Shown here one piece after another: positions 1 to 9,210 of a DNA stretch of 64,000 nt. The stretch's first letter is position 1. Every line of letters begins with the position of its first letter. The DNA is from Chthoniobacterales bacterium (lineage in GTDB: Bacteria; Verrucomicrobiota; Verrucomicrobiia; Chthoniobacterales; Chthoniobacteraceae): contig JBBRPM010000006.1 in the NCBI GenBank assembly GCA_038228115.1, forward strand, positions 93,366 to 157,365, read 5' to 3'. The notes under the pieces were generated by a model that was not told where the DNA came from, did no database searches, and worked only from the letters and a program-made list of their open reading frames with translations. The position numbers were made by a program, and so were the translations under genes.

Positions 1-1173
1 GTCACGACCGGCTCCGCACCGCGCCATCCCGCGCTCGAGCGCTTCCTCCGCGGCTACATCCTCGCCGTCCTCGCCATCGCCGCGCTCGGTTTCGCCGGAT
101 GGTGGGCCGCGACCGGCGCGCTCCTACCCGCGCTGCAAGTGCTCATCTCGGTCCTCGTCGTCTCGTGCCCGTGCGCGTCCGGCGTCGCTCTCCCGCTCGC
201 GAGCGACCTCGCCGCCTCGCGCCTGCGCAAGCTGGGCGTTTACGTCCGCAACGCCGACATCTGGGCCAAGCTCGATCGCGTCCGCAGCGTGATTTTCGAC
301 AAGACGGGAACGCTCACGCTCGAAACCATCTCGCTCCGAAATCCCGAAGCGCTGCGCCATCTCACCACGGAGGAAAGCGCCGTGCTACTCGCGATGGTGA
401 ACGACAGCCTGCATCCCGTGAGCGGCTGTCTGCGTGAGCAATTGCTAGCCGACGGCGTGCCCATCGCCATCGTGGAGCAGCCGCAGGAAGTCATCGGCTT
501 CGGCCTCGAAATGAATCACGACGGCTCCATATGGCGGCTCGGCCGGCCCGAGTGGAGCGGCGCGGATTGCGACAGCGAATGCGCCTTCACGCGCGACGGC
601 GAAACGCTCGCGAGTTTCCGCTTCGGCGAAGAGGCGCGCGCCGATGCTGTGGACGAAGTCCGCGCGCTCGAAGGCGAAGGCCGCCGCGTTTTCATCCTCA
701 GCGGCGATCGCAGCGCAAAGGTCGAAAAAATGGCCGCGCATCTCAGCCTCGCTGCCGACCAATGCCGCGGCGAAATGTCGCCTGAACAAAAAGCCGAATG
801 GGTCGAGCGCTTCGACGCGCACGACACGCTCTACATTGGCGACGGTGCGAACGATTCGCTCGCCTTCGACGCCGCCTGGTGCAGCGGCACGCCCGCCGTC
901 GATCGCGGGCTGCTGGAGCAAAAAGCCGACTTCTATTTCTTGGGCCGCGGCCTCGGCGGCGTCCGCACTTTACTGCAAACCGCCGCCCTCCGCCGCCGCG
1001 TCTCGCGCGCCGTGGTCGCCTTCGCGATCACCTACAACGCCTGCGCCATCGCCCTTTCTCTCGCGGGAAAAATGAACCCGCTCCTCGCCGCCGTCCTCAT
1101 GCCCGCCAGCTCGCTCGTCTCTCTGGCGATCGTCTTCGCCGGCCTCGTCCGCGTGCGTTCCCGGAGCCGGTAG
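1..1173 (+). CDS. Heavy-metal translocating P-type ATPase, C-terminal part (5' end outside window)
   Basis: Frame is open from nt 1. CPC metal-binding membrane motif (VVSCPCA), DKTGTLT phosphorylation motif and GDGANDS hinge motif are all present. Confidence 0.85.
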   Translation, partial: VTTGSAPRHPALERFLRGYILAVLAIAALGFAGWWAATGALLPALQVLISVLVVSCPCASGVALPLASDLAASRLRKLGVYVRNADIWAKLDRVRSVIFDKTGTLTLETISLRNPEALRHLTTEESAVLLAMVNDSLHPVSGCLREQLLADGVPIAIVEQPQEVIGFGLEMNHDGSIWRLGRPEWSGADCDSECAFTRDGETLASFRFGEEARADAVDEVRALEGEGRRVFILSGDRSAKVEKMAAHLSLAADQCRGEMSPEQKAEWVERFDAHDTLYIGDGANDSLAFDAAWCSGTPAVDRGLLEQKADFYFLGRGLGGVRTLLQTAALRRRVSRAVVAFAITYNACAIALSLAGKMNPLLAAVLMPASSLVSLAIVFAGLVRVRSRSR

Positions 1174-1324
1174 GCGTAAAAACGCGGCCGCAGATTTCGC
1201 GGATTATCGCGAATTTTCGGACCTTCTCATCCGCGGTAATCCGTGAAATCCGCGGCCATTCCCACGTTCGGTAAACCCCTGCGAGTGTGTGTAAATCAGA
1301 CTCGATCCGCGAAGGGCACGAAAG

Positions 1325-1369
1325 GCACGAAAGTGGTCCGTCCTTTTCGTGCATTTGGTGTCTTTCGTG
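1325..1369 (+). terminator. Putative hairpin terminator downstream of the ATPase gene
   Basis: Stem gcacgaaag/cttttcgtgc followed by a T-rich run (atttggtgtctttcg). Confidence 0.3.
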
Positions 1370-1508
1370 AACTCTTCATCCTCGGGCGCGGATTTTTGGA
1401 GTGAAAAAAAACGAAAGGCAGTGTCCTTTCGTCGGGAACCCGTTCGTCGTTTCCGTGGAATAGCAACCGAACACAACCAACACCGCGCCCTACTCGCGAA
1501 TTCAGAAC

Positions 1509-2048
1509 ATGCTTATAAAAATCCTCCTCGGCCTCCTGGCCATCTTCGTCATCTTCCTCATCGTCGCCGCGATGCAGCCCGCCGATTTCCGCATCACCCG
1601 CTCCGCAACCATCGCCGCGCCCGCGTCAGCGGTGTTCGCGCAGATCAATGACTTCCACAAATGGAACGACTGGTCGCCGTGGGCGAAGATGGACCCCAAC
1701 GCGAAGAACACTTTCGAGGGGCCAGAGTCCGGCGTCGGCGCGGGCTTTTCGTGGGAAGGCAACAACGAGGTCGGTGCAGGGCGCATGACGATCACCGACG
1801 TAAAGCCGAACGAACTGGTCCAGTTGCGGCTGGAATTCACGAAACCATTTGCAGCCACTAACACGACCGTCTTTTCCCTGAAACCGCAAGGGAACGGGAC
1901 CGAAGTAACCTGGACCATGTCCGGCACGAACGGCTTCATGGGCAAAGCGATGGGCCTCATCATGAATTGCGACAAGATGGTCGGCGGGCAGTTCGAGAAG
2001 GGTTTTGATAATCTAAAGAAGGTCGTCGAAAAGCCCGTGGCGAGCTAG
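1509..2048 (+). CDS. SRPBCC-family (polyketide cyclase/START-like) protein with N-terminal membrane anchor
   Basis: 179-aa ORF with a hydrophobic N-terminus followed by an SRPBCC-like domain (KWNDWSPW). Confidence 0.55.
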   Translation: MLIKILLGLLAIFVIFLIVAAMQPADFRITRSATIAAPASAVFAQINDFHKWNDWSPWAKMDPNAKNTFEGPESGVGAGFSWEGNNEVGAGRMTITDVKPNELVQLRLEFTKPFAATNTTVFSLKPQGNGTEVTWTMSGTNGFMGKAMGLIMNCDKMVGGQFEKGFDNLKKVVEKPVAS

Positions 2049-2098
2049 GCTTGGCAAACTGGAGCGTGTCATGCCGTTTGCGATACTGAATTCCAAGG

Positions 2099-2285
2099 AG
2101 CACCAAAGGTGCTGCAACAAGCCAGCCCAGGGCAACGCCTTGGGATTCGATGACACAAAACCAAAGCCCCACAGGGGCGATACAACCTTCCACACCTCCG
2201 GCATTTGCTCCGCCCTTGTAGGGCTACCTTCTTTTCGCCATGCAAACCCAGGGCGTTGCCCTGAGCTGGCTTATGCACCTTTGGT
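2099..2285. repeat. Long imperfect inverted repeat (about 39-bp arms, about 110-nt spacer) in a GC-poorer intergenic stretch
   Basis: Left arm gcaccaaaggtgc...caagccagcccagggcaacgcc pairs with right arm ggcgttgccctgagctggctt...gcacctttggtg. Confidence 0.5.
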
Positions 2286-2338
2286 GTTTTCCATTCGCTA
2301 TCCAAAGTTCATAACACGCCCTACCAACCAACCTACTC

Positions 2339-2737
2339 ATGAAACATCTACCTTCTATCGCAGGCGTCCTGCTCGGACTGCTCTTCCTCGCCGCCGCCAT
2401 CCCTGTACTTTTTCACCTCATCCCGCCGGACAAAATGCCACCACCACCGACTGAGGAAGCGAAGCTGTTCATGGGCGCGTTTGCACCGACTGGTTACCTC
2501 ACTTTCGTGAAAATCCTCGAGTTGACCGGTGCGATTCTCGTTATGATTCCGAAGGTGCGGAATTTCGGTCTGCTCATCCTCGGACCGATCATCGTCAACA
2601 TCCTCGCCTACCACGCTTTCATCGGCAGAGGCAACGGCCTCGACTCGATGTCCATCGGCATGGTTATCGTCATCGTAGTCTGCGCGCTTTACCTTCTGTG
2701 GGTGGAACGCAGGCGGGTTCTCGGCGTCGCAAACTAA
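2339..2737 (+). CDS. DoxX-like small membrane protein
   Basis: 132-aa ORF with four predicted TM segments and DoxX-like pattern (ELTGAILVMIPKVRNFGLLIL). Confidence 0.45.
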   Translation: MKHLPSIAGVLLGLLFLAAAIPVLFHLIPPDKMPPPPTEEAKLFMGAFAPTGYLTFVKILELTGAILVMIPKVRNFGLLILGPIIVNILAYHAFIGRGNGLDSMSIGMVIVIVVCALYLLWVERRRVLGVAN

Positions 2738-2836
2738 GCGCGACCGCGCCGGGATTATTTTGTAAATAATGTCCTGAAGCCGCGGCTTCGTTCGTCGTCT
2801 TTCTGAAACCGTAACTAACTACCAAACATCCAAATT

Positions 2837-3268
2837 ATGTCCCAAACCCTCGTTCAAAATTACCTCTTTTTCGGTGGTCGATGCGATGAAGCACTCGAAT
2901 TCTATAAGAAGGTGCTCGGAGCGAAGATCGGCATGATCATGCGCTTCAATGAAAGCCCCGAACCAATGCCACCCGGCATGCTGGCGGAAGGCTTCGAGAA
3001 GAAAGTGATGCATTCCGAATTTAAAATCGGCGAAATGACCCTCATGGCCTCCGATGGCTGCGGCGGACAGGACGAGGTTGGCTTTAATGGCTTCCGTCTC
3101 GCTCTTGTCGTGACAACCGAAGCCGAAGCCGACCAAGCCTTCCACGGTCTCGCCGACGGTGGAAAAGTGGACATGCCACTCACCAAGACTTTTTGGTCGC
3201 CGCGTTACGGCATGCTTACCGATCGTTTTGGCCTCGGCTGGATGGTCATGGTGCCGGGGCAAATGTAA
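2837..3268 (+). CDS. VOC-family protein (glyoxalase/bleomycin-resistance, PhnB-like)
   Basis: 143-aa ORF with PhnB-like VOC-fold sequence ([21 protein letters not shown]...). Confidence 0.7.
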   Translation: MSQTLVQNYLFFGGRCDEALEFYKKVLGAKIGMIMRFNESPEPMPPGMLAEGFEKKVMHSEFKIGEMTLMASDGCGGQDEVGFNGFRLALVVTTEAEADQAFHGLADGGKVDMPLTKTFWSPRYGMLTDRFGLGWMVMVPGQM

Positions 3269-3279
3269 AACCGACTCCC

Positions 3280-4440
3280 ATGAGCCACGTCCGCGTCTTA
3301 GTCGGCACCAAGAAAGGTGCATTCATCCTTACCTCAGACGGCAGTCGCAAAGACTGGAAAGTCGAAGGACCGCTTTTCGCCGGCTGGGAGATGTATCATC
3401 TCAAAGGTTCGCCCGTGAATCCCGACCGTATCTATGCCTCGCAAACGAGTGGCTGGTTTGGACAAGTCGTGCAGCGGTCGGATGATGGCGGTAAGACCTG
3501 GCAAACACCTGACGGAGAGGCTGCGCCCGAGCCCGGTCCATTAGCACCCGCGCGCAGCAATCGCTTCCTCTACCAGGGCGAAGTCGGCACGCACAAGTGG
3601 TATGACGGCACGCAGCACCCGTGGGAGTTCAAGCGCGTGTGGCACTTCGAGCCATCGCTCACCGACGCCGATACCGTCTATGCCGGAGCCGAAGACGCCG
3701 CGCTTTTCAAAAGCACCGATGGCGGCAAATCGTGGGCGGAACTACCCGGCCTGCGCGAAACCAAAGGTGGGCTCTGGCAGCCCGGTGCCGGCGGCATGTG
3801 CCTGCACACGATCATCCTCGACCCGAAAAACGAGCAGCGCATTTACGCCGCGATCTCCGCTGCTGGAGCCTTCCGCACCGACGACGGAGGCACCACCTGG
3901 AAGCCAATCAACCGCGGCCTGAAATCGCCCTACGAACTGCCCGATCCCGACGCGGAAGTCGGCCACTGCGTGCATCGTATCGCCATGCATCCATCCCGGC
4001 CGGAGACGTTGTTTATGCAAAAGCACTGGGATGTCCTGCGCACGGATAACTCCGGCGACGACTGGCGCGAAGTCAGTGGCAACCTACCCACCGACTTCGG
4101 CTTTCCCATTGATGTCCACGCCCACGAGCCAGAGACGATCTATGTCGTGCCGATCAAGAGCGACTCCGAGCATTACCCGCCCGAGGGCAAGCTGCGAGTG
4201 TATCGGAGTAAGTCCGGCGGCGAGGACTGGGAGCCACTCACGAAAGGACTGCCGCAGGAAGACTGCTATGTGAATGTACTGCGCGATGCGATGGACGTGG
4301 ACTCCTTGGATTCATGCGGCATCTACTTCGGGACAACGGGCGGCCAAGTCTATTGCTCCGCCGACAGCGGCGACACCTGGAAGCCCATCGTGCGCGACCT
4401 GCCCGCCGTTTATTCCGTCGAGGTGCAGACCCTGCCGTAA
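3280..4440 (+). CDS. BNR/Asp-box repeat beta-propeller protein (sialidase/Ycf48-like fold)
   Basis: Repeated S/TxDxGxTW Asp-boxes ([32 protein letters not shown]). Start chosen at MSHVRV, immediately after the upstream stop. Confidence 0.7.
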   Translation: MSHVRVLVGTKKGAFILTSDGSRKDWKVEGPLFAGWEMYHLKGSPVNPDRIYASQTSGWFGQVVQRSDDGGKTWQTPDGEAAPEPGPLAPARSNRFLYQGEVGTHKWYDGTQHPWEFKRVWHFEPSLTDADTVYAGAEDAALFKSTDGGKSWAELPGLRETKGGLWQPGAGGMCLHTIILDPKNEQRIYAAISAAGAFRTDDGGTTWKPINRGLKSPYELPDPDAEVGHCVHRIAMHPSRPETLFMQKHWDVLRTDNSGDDWREVSGNLPTDFGFPIDVHAHEPETIYVVPIKSDSEHYPPEGKLRVYRSKSGGEDWEPLTKGLPQEDCYVNVLRDAMDVDSLDSCGIYFGTTGGQVYCSADSGDTWKPIVRDLPAVYSVEVQTLP

Positions 4441-4460
4441 GTGCTGATGATTCGGAAGCC

Positions 4461-4551
4461 GGAAGTAAGAAGTAAGAAGTAGTCAGTAAAAAGATCGGAC
4501 GCCGACAGCGATAACGAATTTCTGACTACTGACTACTGACCACTTCTTACT
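4461..4551. repeat. Inverted-repeat element family 1 (heptamer-rich arms), copy 1
   Basis: Left arm ggaagtaagaagtaagaagtagtcagt pairs with right arm tctgactactgactactgaccacttcttact. A second copy lies at 54851..54949. Confidence 0.55.
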
Positions 4552-4561
4552 AAATCCCACC

Positions 4562-4879
4562 GTGCCCATATCCGCGTCCCACACCATCCGCGTCGTCCTG
4601 CCCTACCATCTGCGCAACCTCGCGCGGGTCGGCGACGAAGTGACCTTGGAAATCCCCGCGCCCATCACTCTCGGCGCTATTCTCGACACACTTGAAACCC
4701 ACTACCCCGCACTCCAAGGAACCATCCGCGACCACGGCACCTTAAACCGCCGCCCCTTCGTCCGCTTCTACGCCTGCAAAGAAGACCTCTCCCAAGAACC
4801 CCTCGAAACCCCGCTCCCCGAAGCCATCATCAATGGCATGGAGCCCTTCATGATCGTGGGCGCGATGGCGGGAGGGTGA
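4562..4879 (+). CDS. MoaD/ThiS-like ubiquitin-fold protein with C-terminal Gly-Gly
   Basis: 105-aa ORF with a GTG start, ending ...VGAMAGG; size and GG terminus fit a sulfur-carrier or ubiquitin-like protein. Confidence 0.5.
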   Translation: MPISASHTIRVVLPYHLRNLARVGDEVTLEIPAPITLGAILDTLETHYPALQGTIRDHGTLNRRPFVRFYACKEDLSQEPLETPLPEAIINGMEPFMIVGAMAGG

Positions 4880-4950
4880 TTGAGAGATATGCGATTCTTG
4901 GGCGTGAAAGTGAACGCTGGAGAACACAATCATCCGCCCAACAAAATTCC

Positions 4951-5697
4951 CTATGCTGCCAGCTCCAATCTGCGTGTCTGTGGATCCTTGGGTGTCGGCA
5001 TTTCATCGTAGGTTTTTCCCGCGAGTTTTCGGCCAGTTAGGTGCTTGCGAACGCCTCCCCACTGCTTGAAGAAGAATGCCGTATTTGCTCTGCGGCATTG
5101 GCGGAAGATTTCACGAACCCATTCGATTTTCATCTCCCTCGACCCGGGACCGCTCTCTCCGCCGACAATCGCCCAATCGATCCCTTCAAGAGAAATCTCA
5201 CCCACCGGACCGATGAGCGGCTCCAGCGAGAGGAAGCGGACGGCCGCGGGTACTCGTTGGAGGTCGCGGACTCGTCCGACGACGCGACTATCTTCTACGC
5301 TCACTCCCATCCAAATGTTTGGAGCCCAATCCAAATGTGGCGAGAGTTCGAGGAGTTGAGAACTGCGTTTCGTCAAAATCTGAAAGGTATGTTGCGGACA
5401 CGCCCTCATCGTAGCGAAGACCTTTTGAATGAAATCCAACGGGACCTTTTCGTGGAAAAGATCGCTCATCGAATTCACAAAAATCACTTTCGGCGATTTC
5501 CACGCCTTGGGCGCTTCCACCAAATCATGTTGGAGTCGGACCGCAAAACCGGCGGCATAGCGGGGACTTCCCATCGCAAAAAGACGCTTCGCCATTCGCT
5601 CCGCATAGCAGTTCTTGCAGCCAGCACTCACCTTGGAACACCCCGTCACGGGATTCCATGTGGCTTCGGTCCATTCGATATGAGATTTGCCGCGCAT
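4951..5697 (-). CDS. DUF5131 / phage Gp37-Gp68 family protein with three-Cys motif
   Basis: 248-aa ORF; N-terminus WNPVTGCSKVSAGCKNCYAE (C-x6-C-x2-C). Stop lies 3 nt from the TcmP ORF. GC is about 53%, against about 65% in the flanks. Confidence 0.7.
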   Translation of the reverse strand: MRGKSHIEWTEATWNPVTGCSKVSAGCKNCYAERMAKRLFAMGSPRYAAGFAVRLQHDLVEAPKAWKSPKVIFVNSMSDLFHEKVPLDFIQKVFATMRACPQHTFQILTKRSSQLLELSPHLDWAPNIWMGVSVEDSRVVGRVRDLQRVPAAVRFLSLEPLIGPVGEISLEGIDWAIVGGESGPGSREMKIEWVREIFRQCRRANTAFFFKQWGGVRKHLTGRKLAGKTYDEMPTPKDPQTRRLELAA

Positions 5698-5700
5698 GGA

Positions 5701-6855
5701 TCAGAACAGTTCAGCTTGGTTACCCGTCGGGCCAAACGAACCGAATCGCAATGCCCTAACTTTCTCCTCTGGAAAAGAGCCTGCCTTGCGGTTTTGCCCC
5801 GCGTATGTATCCACCTGAAGTCGCATCTGTTTCTCGAGGACCGCCAGCATCTGCTTCGCGTTCGGAAATGGCGTTTCGTTCAACGCGAAGTCTCGCGCCG
5901 CCTCCATCGTCACCATCCGTCCGTCAAACTCTTGATGAAGCGCAGCAGCATAAACCTCGGCATCGTCGTCCCTAAACAGCGTGTGTTGATCGGCGTGAGC
6001 GTCGGAAAATGAGTAGGAACCGGTCTGGTCGATCACCTTCATTGCTTCCTTCATCTTTTCCATTCCGAGCGGATGCTTCGTCGCAAACACCAGATGGTAA
6101 TTGAGGGCGTCCTGCTTTCCCCTCATCGCGAATGACCATATGAACTTCACTCCCGGAAGGGTTCGGAGCCGCCGCTTGTATAAATCAAGAATCTGAACAG
6201 AAAGGCGTTTGAGGTCCCTACCCGCGGACAAATCCTCTCTCCAAGATCCATCACCGAATAGCCCAGTAAGCTGTTCCTCCCGATTATTATTTGTCTCACC
6301 CAAAAAAATTCTGGCGATTCCGTCGGCATCGAGGTTGATCAACAACTCCGCAGTCGAACCTTTCGTGCAATCGGCGAAGGTTTTGAATGGAATTCCCGTA
6401 CCGCCAAACGGATCAGCGAAAACAAAGAGCGGTCCTTCTCCGCGGAAGGGCGCCGGTACCTCTTTCCTTACTTGTTCTATTCCTTCTGCGAACTCGCAAC
6501 ACAGCTTCGTAATACCCAAGCTCGGGTTGGATTCGAATGCGGCAACCGTCTCTCGTAGAATTTCGAACCGTTCCCGGTCTCTTTCGATGAACGCTCCGTG
6601 AATCTTTGCCGCGATGAATCCCGGCCCCATTTCCGTGATAGCCTTTTGTGCTGCACGTAAAGCCGCCAAAGGGGATCCTTCGTCGTGATTACTGTATCGT
6701 CCCGGTCCGGCAAAACCATCGACGTACAGGATCGTTTCGTTTCTGCGCGTGGTGCCGAGAATCCTTAGCCAAGCTCCGAGGTATCCCTTGAGAATCGTAA
6801 TCTTTGCAATCGTGTGAGCGTCAGCGGGCCAAATAACTGGCAATTTTTTCGACAT
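5701..6855 (-). CDS. tcmP: Three-Cys-motif partner protein TcmP
   Basis: Start set at internal MSKKLPVIW. Contains the YVDGFAGPGRY signature. Sits directly upstream and co-oriented with the DUF5131 gene. GC-poor. Confidence 0.65.
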   Translation of the reverse strand: MSKKLPVIWPADAHTIAKITILKGYLGAWLRILGTTRRNETILYVDGFAGPGRYSNHDEGSPLAALRAAQKAITEMGPGFIAAKIHGAFIERDRERFEILRETVAAFESNPSLGITKLCCEFAEGIEQVRKEVPAPFRGEGPLFVFADPFGGTGIPFKTFADCTKGSTAELLINLDADGIARIFLGETNNNREEQLTGLFGDGSWREDLSAGRDLKRLSVQILDLYKRRLRTLPGVKFIWSFAMRGKQDALNYHLVFATKHPLGMEKMKEAMKVIDQTGSYSFSDAHADQHTLFRDDDAEVYAAALHQEFDGRMVTMEAARDFALNETPFPNAKQMLAVLEKQMRLQVDTYAGQNRKAGSFPEEKVRALRFGSFGPTGNQAELF

Positions 6856-7001
6856 GGCAAGTCTGAGAATTAGAGCCTGAAACCTGGGTTGCGGTTGTGG
6901 CGGCGACTCGCACTGTATTGGGGACGAATGATAGTGCCGAGCTTTTCCTTCTACAGGTCGCCCTGAGAAATGCGGACGATCTATCTTTATCCGAGGACCG
7001 C

Positions 7002-7388
7002 TCATTTCCAAGCCACAACCTTCAGTCCTTTCACGCGCTTGAACTCACTCACGTTCCCGGTCACGACCGCCGCACCAATGCTGCGGGCGTGCGCGGCGAT
7101 GAGGAAGTCCAACGGGCCGATCGCGGTGCCCTTCTTCTCCAACTCGGCACGAATCTCGCCGCAGTCTGCGACGGCTGCGGCCTCGAAGGGCAGGACGACG
7201 AAACACGCGAGCAGAGCTTCCACGGCCAGTCGTTGTTCTCGCGGGCGCGCGGAGCGATGGATGCCAACTTCCAGTTCTGCGGCGGTGATCACGGAGACGA
7301 CACAAGTATCGCTCGGAGGCAACGCGCTGGTTGGAGAACGACCGCGGAGGAGCGAGACGCAAACGGAGGTGTCGAGCAGGTGCAGCAT
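7002..7388 (-). CDS. vapC: Type II toxin VapC (PIN domain)
   Basis: 128-aa PIN-like ORF (LLDTSVCVSLL...) immediately downstream of an AbrB-type antitoxin ORF. Confidence 0.7.
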   Translation of the reverse strand: MLHLLDTSVCVSLLRGRSPTSALPPSDTCVVSVITAAELEVGIHRSARPREQRLAVEALLACFVVLPFEAAAVADCGEIRAELEKKGTAIGPLDFLIAAHARSIGAAVVTGNVSEFKRVKGLKVVAWK

Positions 7389-7393
7389 GCAGA

Positions 7394-7648
7394 TCAGTCG
7401 AGATTTTGATCGCGCTTCTGTTGTTCCATTGGTCGATTAAGGTCGGGGAAGTCAGCACCCTGCGGGAATTTTTCCCGCATGTAGCGGGCGACCTCAGTCA
7501 GTGTCTTGAACTTTGGTGTGCGCCTGGGCTTAAGGACGACTTCCTCCCCGCGCTTTTCGATGACAACTTCGGTGCCCTCGAATCGAAAAGCCTTCGGGAG
7601 TCGGACGGCTTGGCTGCCGCCATGCTGGAAAAGTTTTGCCGTAGTCAT
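7394..7648 (-). CDS. vapB: Antitoxin VapB (AbrB/SpoVT family)
   Basis: 84-aa ORF with an AbrB-like N-terminus (LFQHGGSQAVRLPKAFRF); 6-nt gap to vapC. Confidence 0.65.
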   Translation of the reverse strand: MTTAKLFQHGGSQAVRLPKAFRFEGTEVVIEKRGEEVVLKPRRTPKFKTLTEVARYMREKFPQGADFPDLNRPMEQQKRDQNLD

Positions 7649-7810
7649 ATCTACACGATGTAGCTACATGCGGCGAAAGATCAAGAAGCCGAAGCGCCGG
7701 TCAGGCAATTCGCGAGATCATTTCCGTGGATGAAAAATGAAAATCTGCGTTTTAATTGTCCTGAACCGCCCTGCTCTTTCGTCGTTGAGAGAGAAAGCAA
7801 CTTCACCACC

Positions 7811-8296
7811 ATGCAACCCGAATCCAAACCCATCGAAACCGTCGCCGAGCGCGAGATGTCTTTTACCCGCCTCATCGATGCACCGCGGGCGAAGCTCTTT
7901 CGCTGCTGGACTGATCCGGAGCTGATCCCGCAATGGTTCACGCCGCCGCCTTGGAAGACGACGAAGGCGGAAGTGGACGTGCGCGCGGGCGGCTCGAGCC
8001 TCATCGTGATGGAGGGGCCGAATGGCGAGGTGATGCCGAACCGTGGCGTTTACCTTGAAGTGGTGCCAAATGAGCGGCTGGTTTTTACGGATGCTTTTAC
8101 GGCCGCGTGGGAACCTTCACAGAAGCCGTTCATGGTGGGCATCCTGACCTTTGCGGAGGAAGGCGGGAAGACGCGCTACACGGCGACGGTGCGGCACTGG
8201 TCGGTGGCCGACAAGGAGGCGCATGAGAAGATGGGATTTTATCAAGGATGGGGAATCGCGACCGATCAACTCGCGGCGCTGGCGCAGAAAATTTGA
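7811..8296 (+). CDS. SRPBCC/AHSA1-like (activator of Hsp90 ATPase homologue) protein
   Basis: Start at MQPESKP; AHSA1-type motifs (RLIDAPRAKLFRCWTDPELIPQWF). Confidence 0.55.
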   Translation: MQPESKPIETVAEREMSFTRLIDAPRAKLFRCWTDPELIPQWFTPPPWKTTKAEVDVRAGGSSLIVMEGPNGEVMPNRGVYLEVVPNERLVFTDAFTAAWEPSQKPFMVGILTFAEEGGKTRYTATVRHWSVADKEAHEKMGFYQGWGIATDQLAALAQKI

Positions 8297-8311
8297 CGTC
8301 CTGGTAACGAA

Positions 8312-8731
8312 ATGTCTGAACCCAAAACATTCACCGGCGGGTGCTGCTGTGGAGCGGTCCGCTACGAGATTACTTCCCAACCTTTAATGATGCTGAACTG
8401 CCACTGTCGCGATTGTCAGCGCGTCAGCGGGAGCCCGTTTACACCGGTCGTCTATGTGGCAGCGGATGCCTTTCGCCTGACTAAAGGCACGCTTCGATAT
8501 TACTCCACGCCGAGCGTGGCGATGGGTCATAACAAGCGCGGCTTTTGTGCAGAGTGCGGCTCGCGGGTGACTGGAGCGGAGACGGAGCGTGGCATCGGTA
8601 TTGGCGCGTGCAGCCTTGATGATCCGAGTTGGTTTAAGCCGACGGTGAACGCCTGGATGTGTGATGCCCAGCCTTGGGATGCGCTCGATCCTAAACTCCC
8701 AAAATTCGACCAATACCCACCTTTCGAGTAA
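8312..8731 (+). CDS. GFA-family (glutathione-dependent formaldehyde-activating / CENP-V-like) protein
   Basis: Cys-rich Zn-binding pattern: GGCCCGAVRYE, CHCRDCQRVSG, FCAECGSRV. Confidence 0.7.
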   Translation: MSEPKTFTGGCCCGAVRYEITSQPLMMLNCHCRDCQRVSGSPFTPVVYVAADAFRLTKGTLRYYSTPSVAMGHNKRGFCAECGSRVTGAETERGIGIGACSLDDPSWFKPTVNAWMCDAQPWDALDPKLPKFDQYPPFE

Positions 8732-8742
8732 CCGACTGAATT

Positions 8743-9207
8743 ATGATTGAAACTCCCGCTATAGTACAAACTACCGCCCAATCTTCGGCCATCATTCACA
8801 TCATCGTTCCACGCGATGAGATTCAGACGGTGATGGGTCCGACCATTCAGGAAGTCTATGCGGCCATCGCGGCGCAAGGCATCGCACCCGCCGGGCCTTG
8901 GTTCACGCATCACCTTCGTCGTCCGACCGATTCTTTTGATTTTGAAGTCAGTGTGCCGGTCAGCACACCTATCACGCCAGCAGGCCGGGTGCAGCCGAGC
9001 GAGTGGCCGGCGATGCGTGTTGTGCGGACGGTTTACCACGGCGGATATGAAGGACTCGGTGAAGCGTGGGGTGAGTTCCTTGAATGGATCGAAAAGGAAG
9101 GGCTGAAGACTACGGACGATCTTTGGGAAAGTTATCTGGTCGGGCCGGAAGCTGGAGACGATTCCTCCATCTATCGCACCCAACTCAACAAGCCGCTCCT
9201 CGACTAG
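8743..9207 (+). CDS. GyrI-like small-molecule-binding domain protein
   Basis: 154-aa ORF; pattern VYHGGYEGLGEAWGEFLEWIEKEGL is typical of AraC-effector/GyrI-like domains. Confidence 0.5.
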   Translation: MIETPAIVQTTAQSSAIIHIIVPRDEIQTVMGPTIQEVYAAIAAQGIAPAGPWFTHHLRRPTDSFDFEVSVPVSTPITPAGRVQPSEWPAMRVVRTVYHGGYEGLGEAWGEFLEWIEKEGLKTTDDLWESYLVGPEAGDDSSIYRTQLNKPLLD

Positions 9208-9210
9208 CTT

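Noticed and set aside
2071-2454. 127-aa ORF spanning the inverted repeat into the DoxX-like gene
   Set aside because: Out of frame with, and overlapping, the better-supported 2339..2737 gene; lies on a palindromic non-coding-looking stretch.
4461-4551. Possible CRISPR array (tandem aagaagt heptamers)
   Set aside because: Only a single inverted pair of short-unit repeats, with no unique spacers and no cas genes; better explained as a REP/MITE-like hairpin.
5041-6012. 323-aa plus-strand ORF
   Set aside because: Antisense to the DUF5131 and tcmP genes, whose motif content supports the minus strand.
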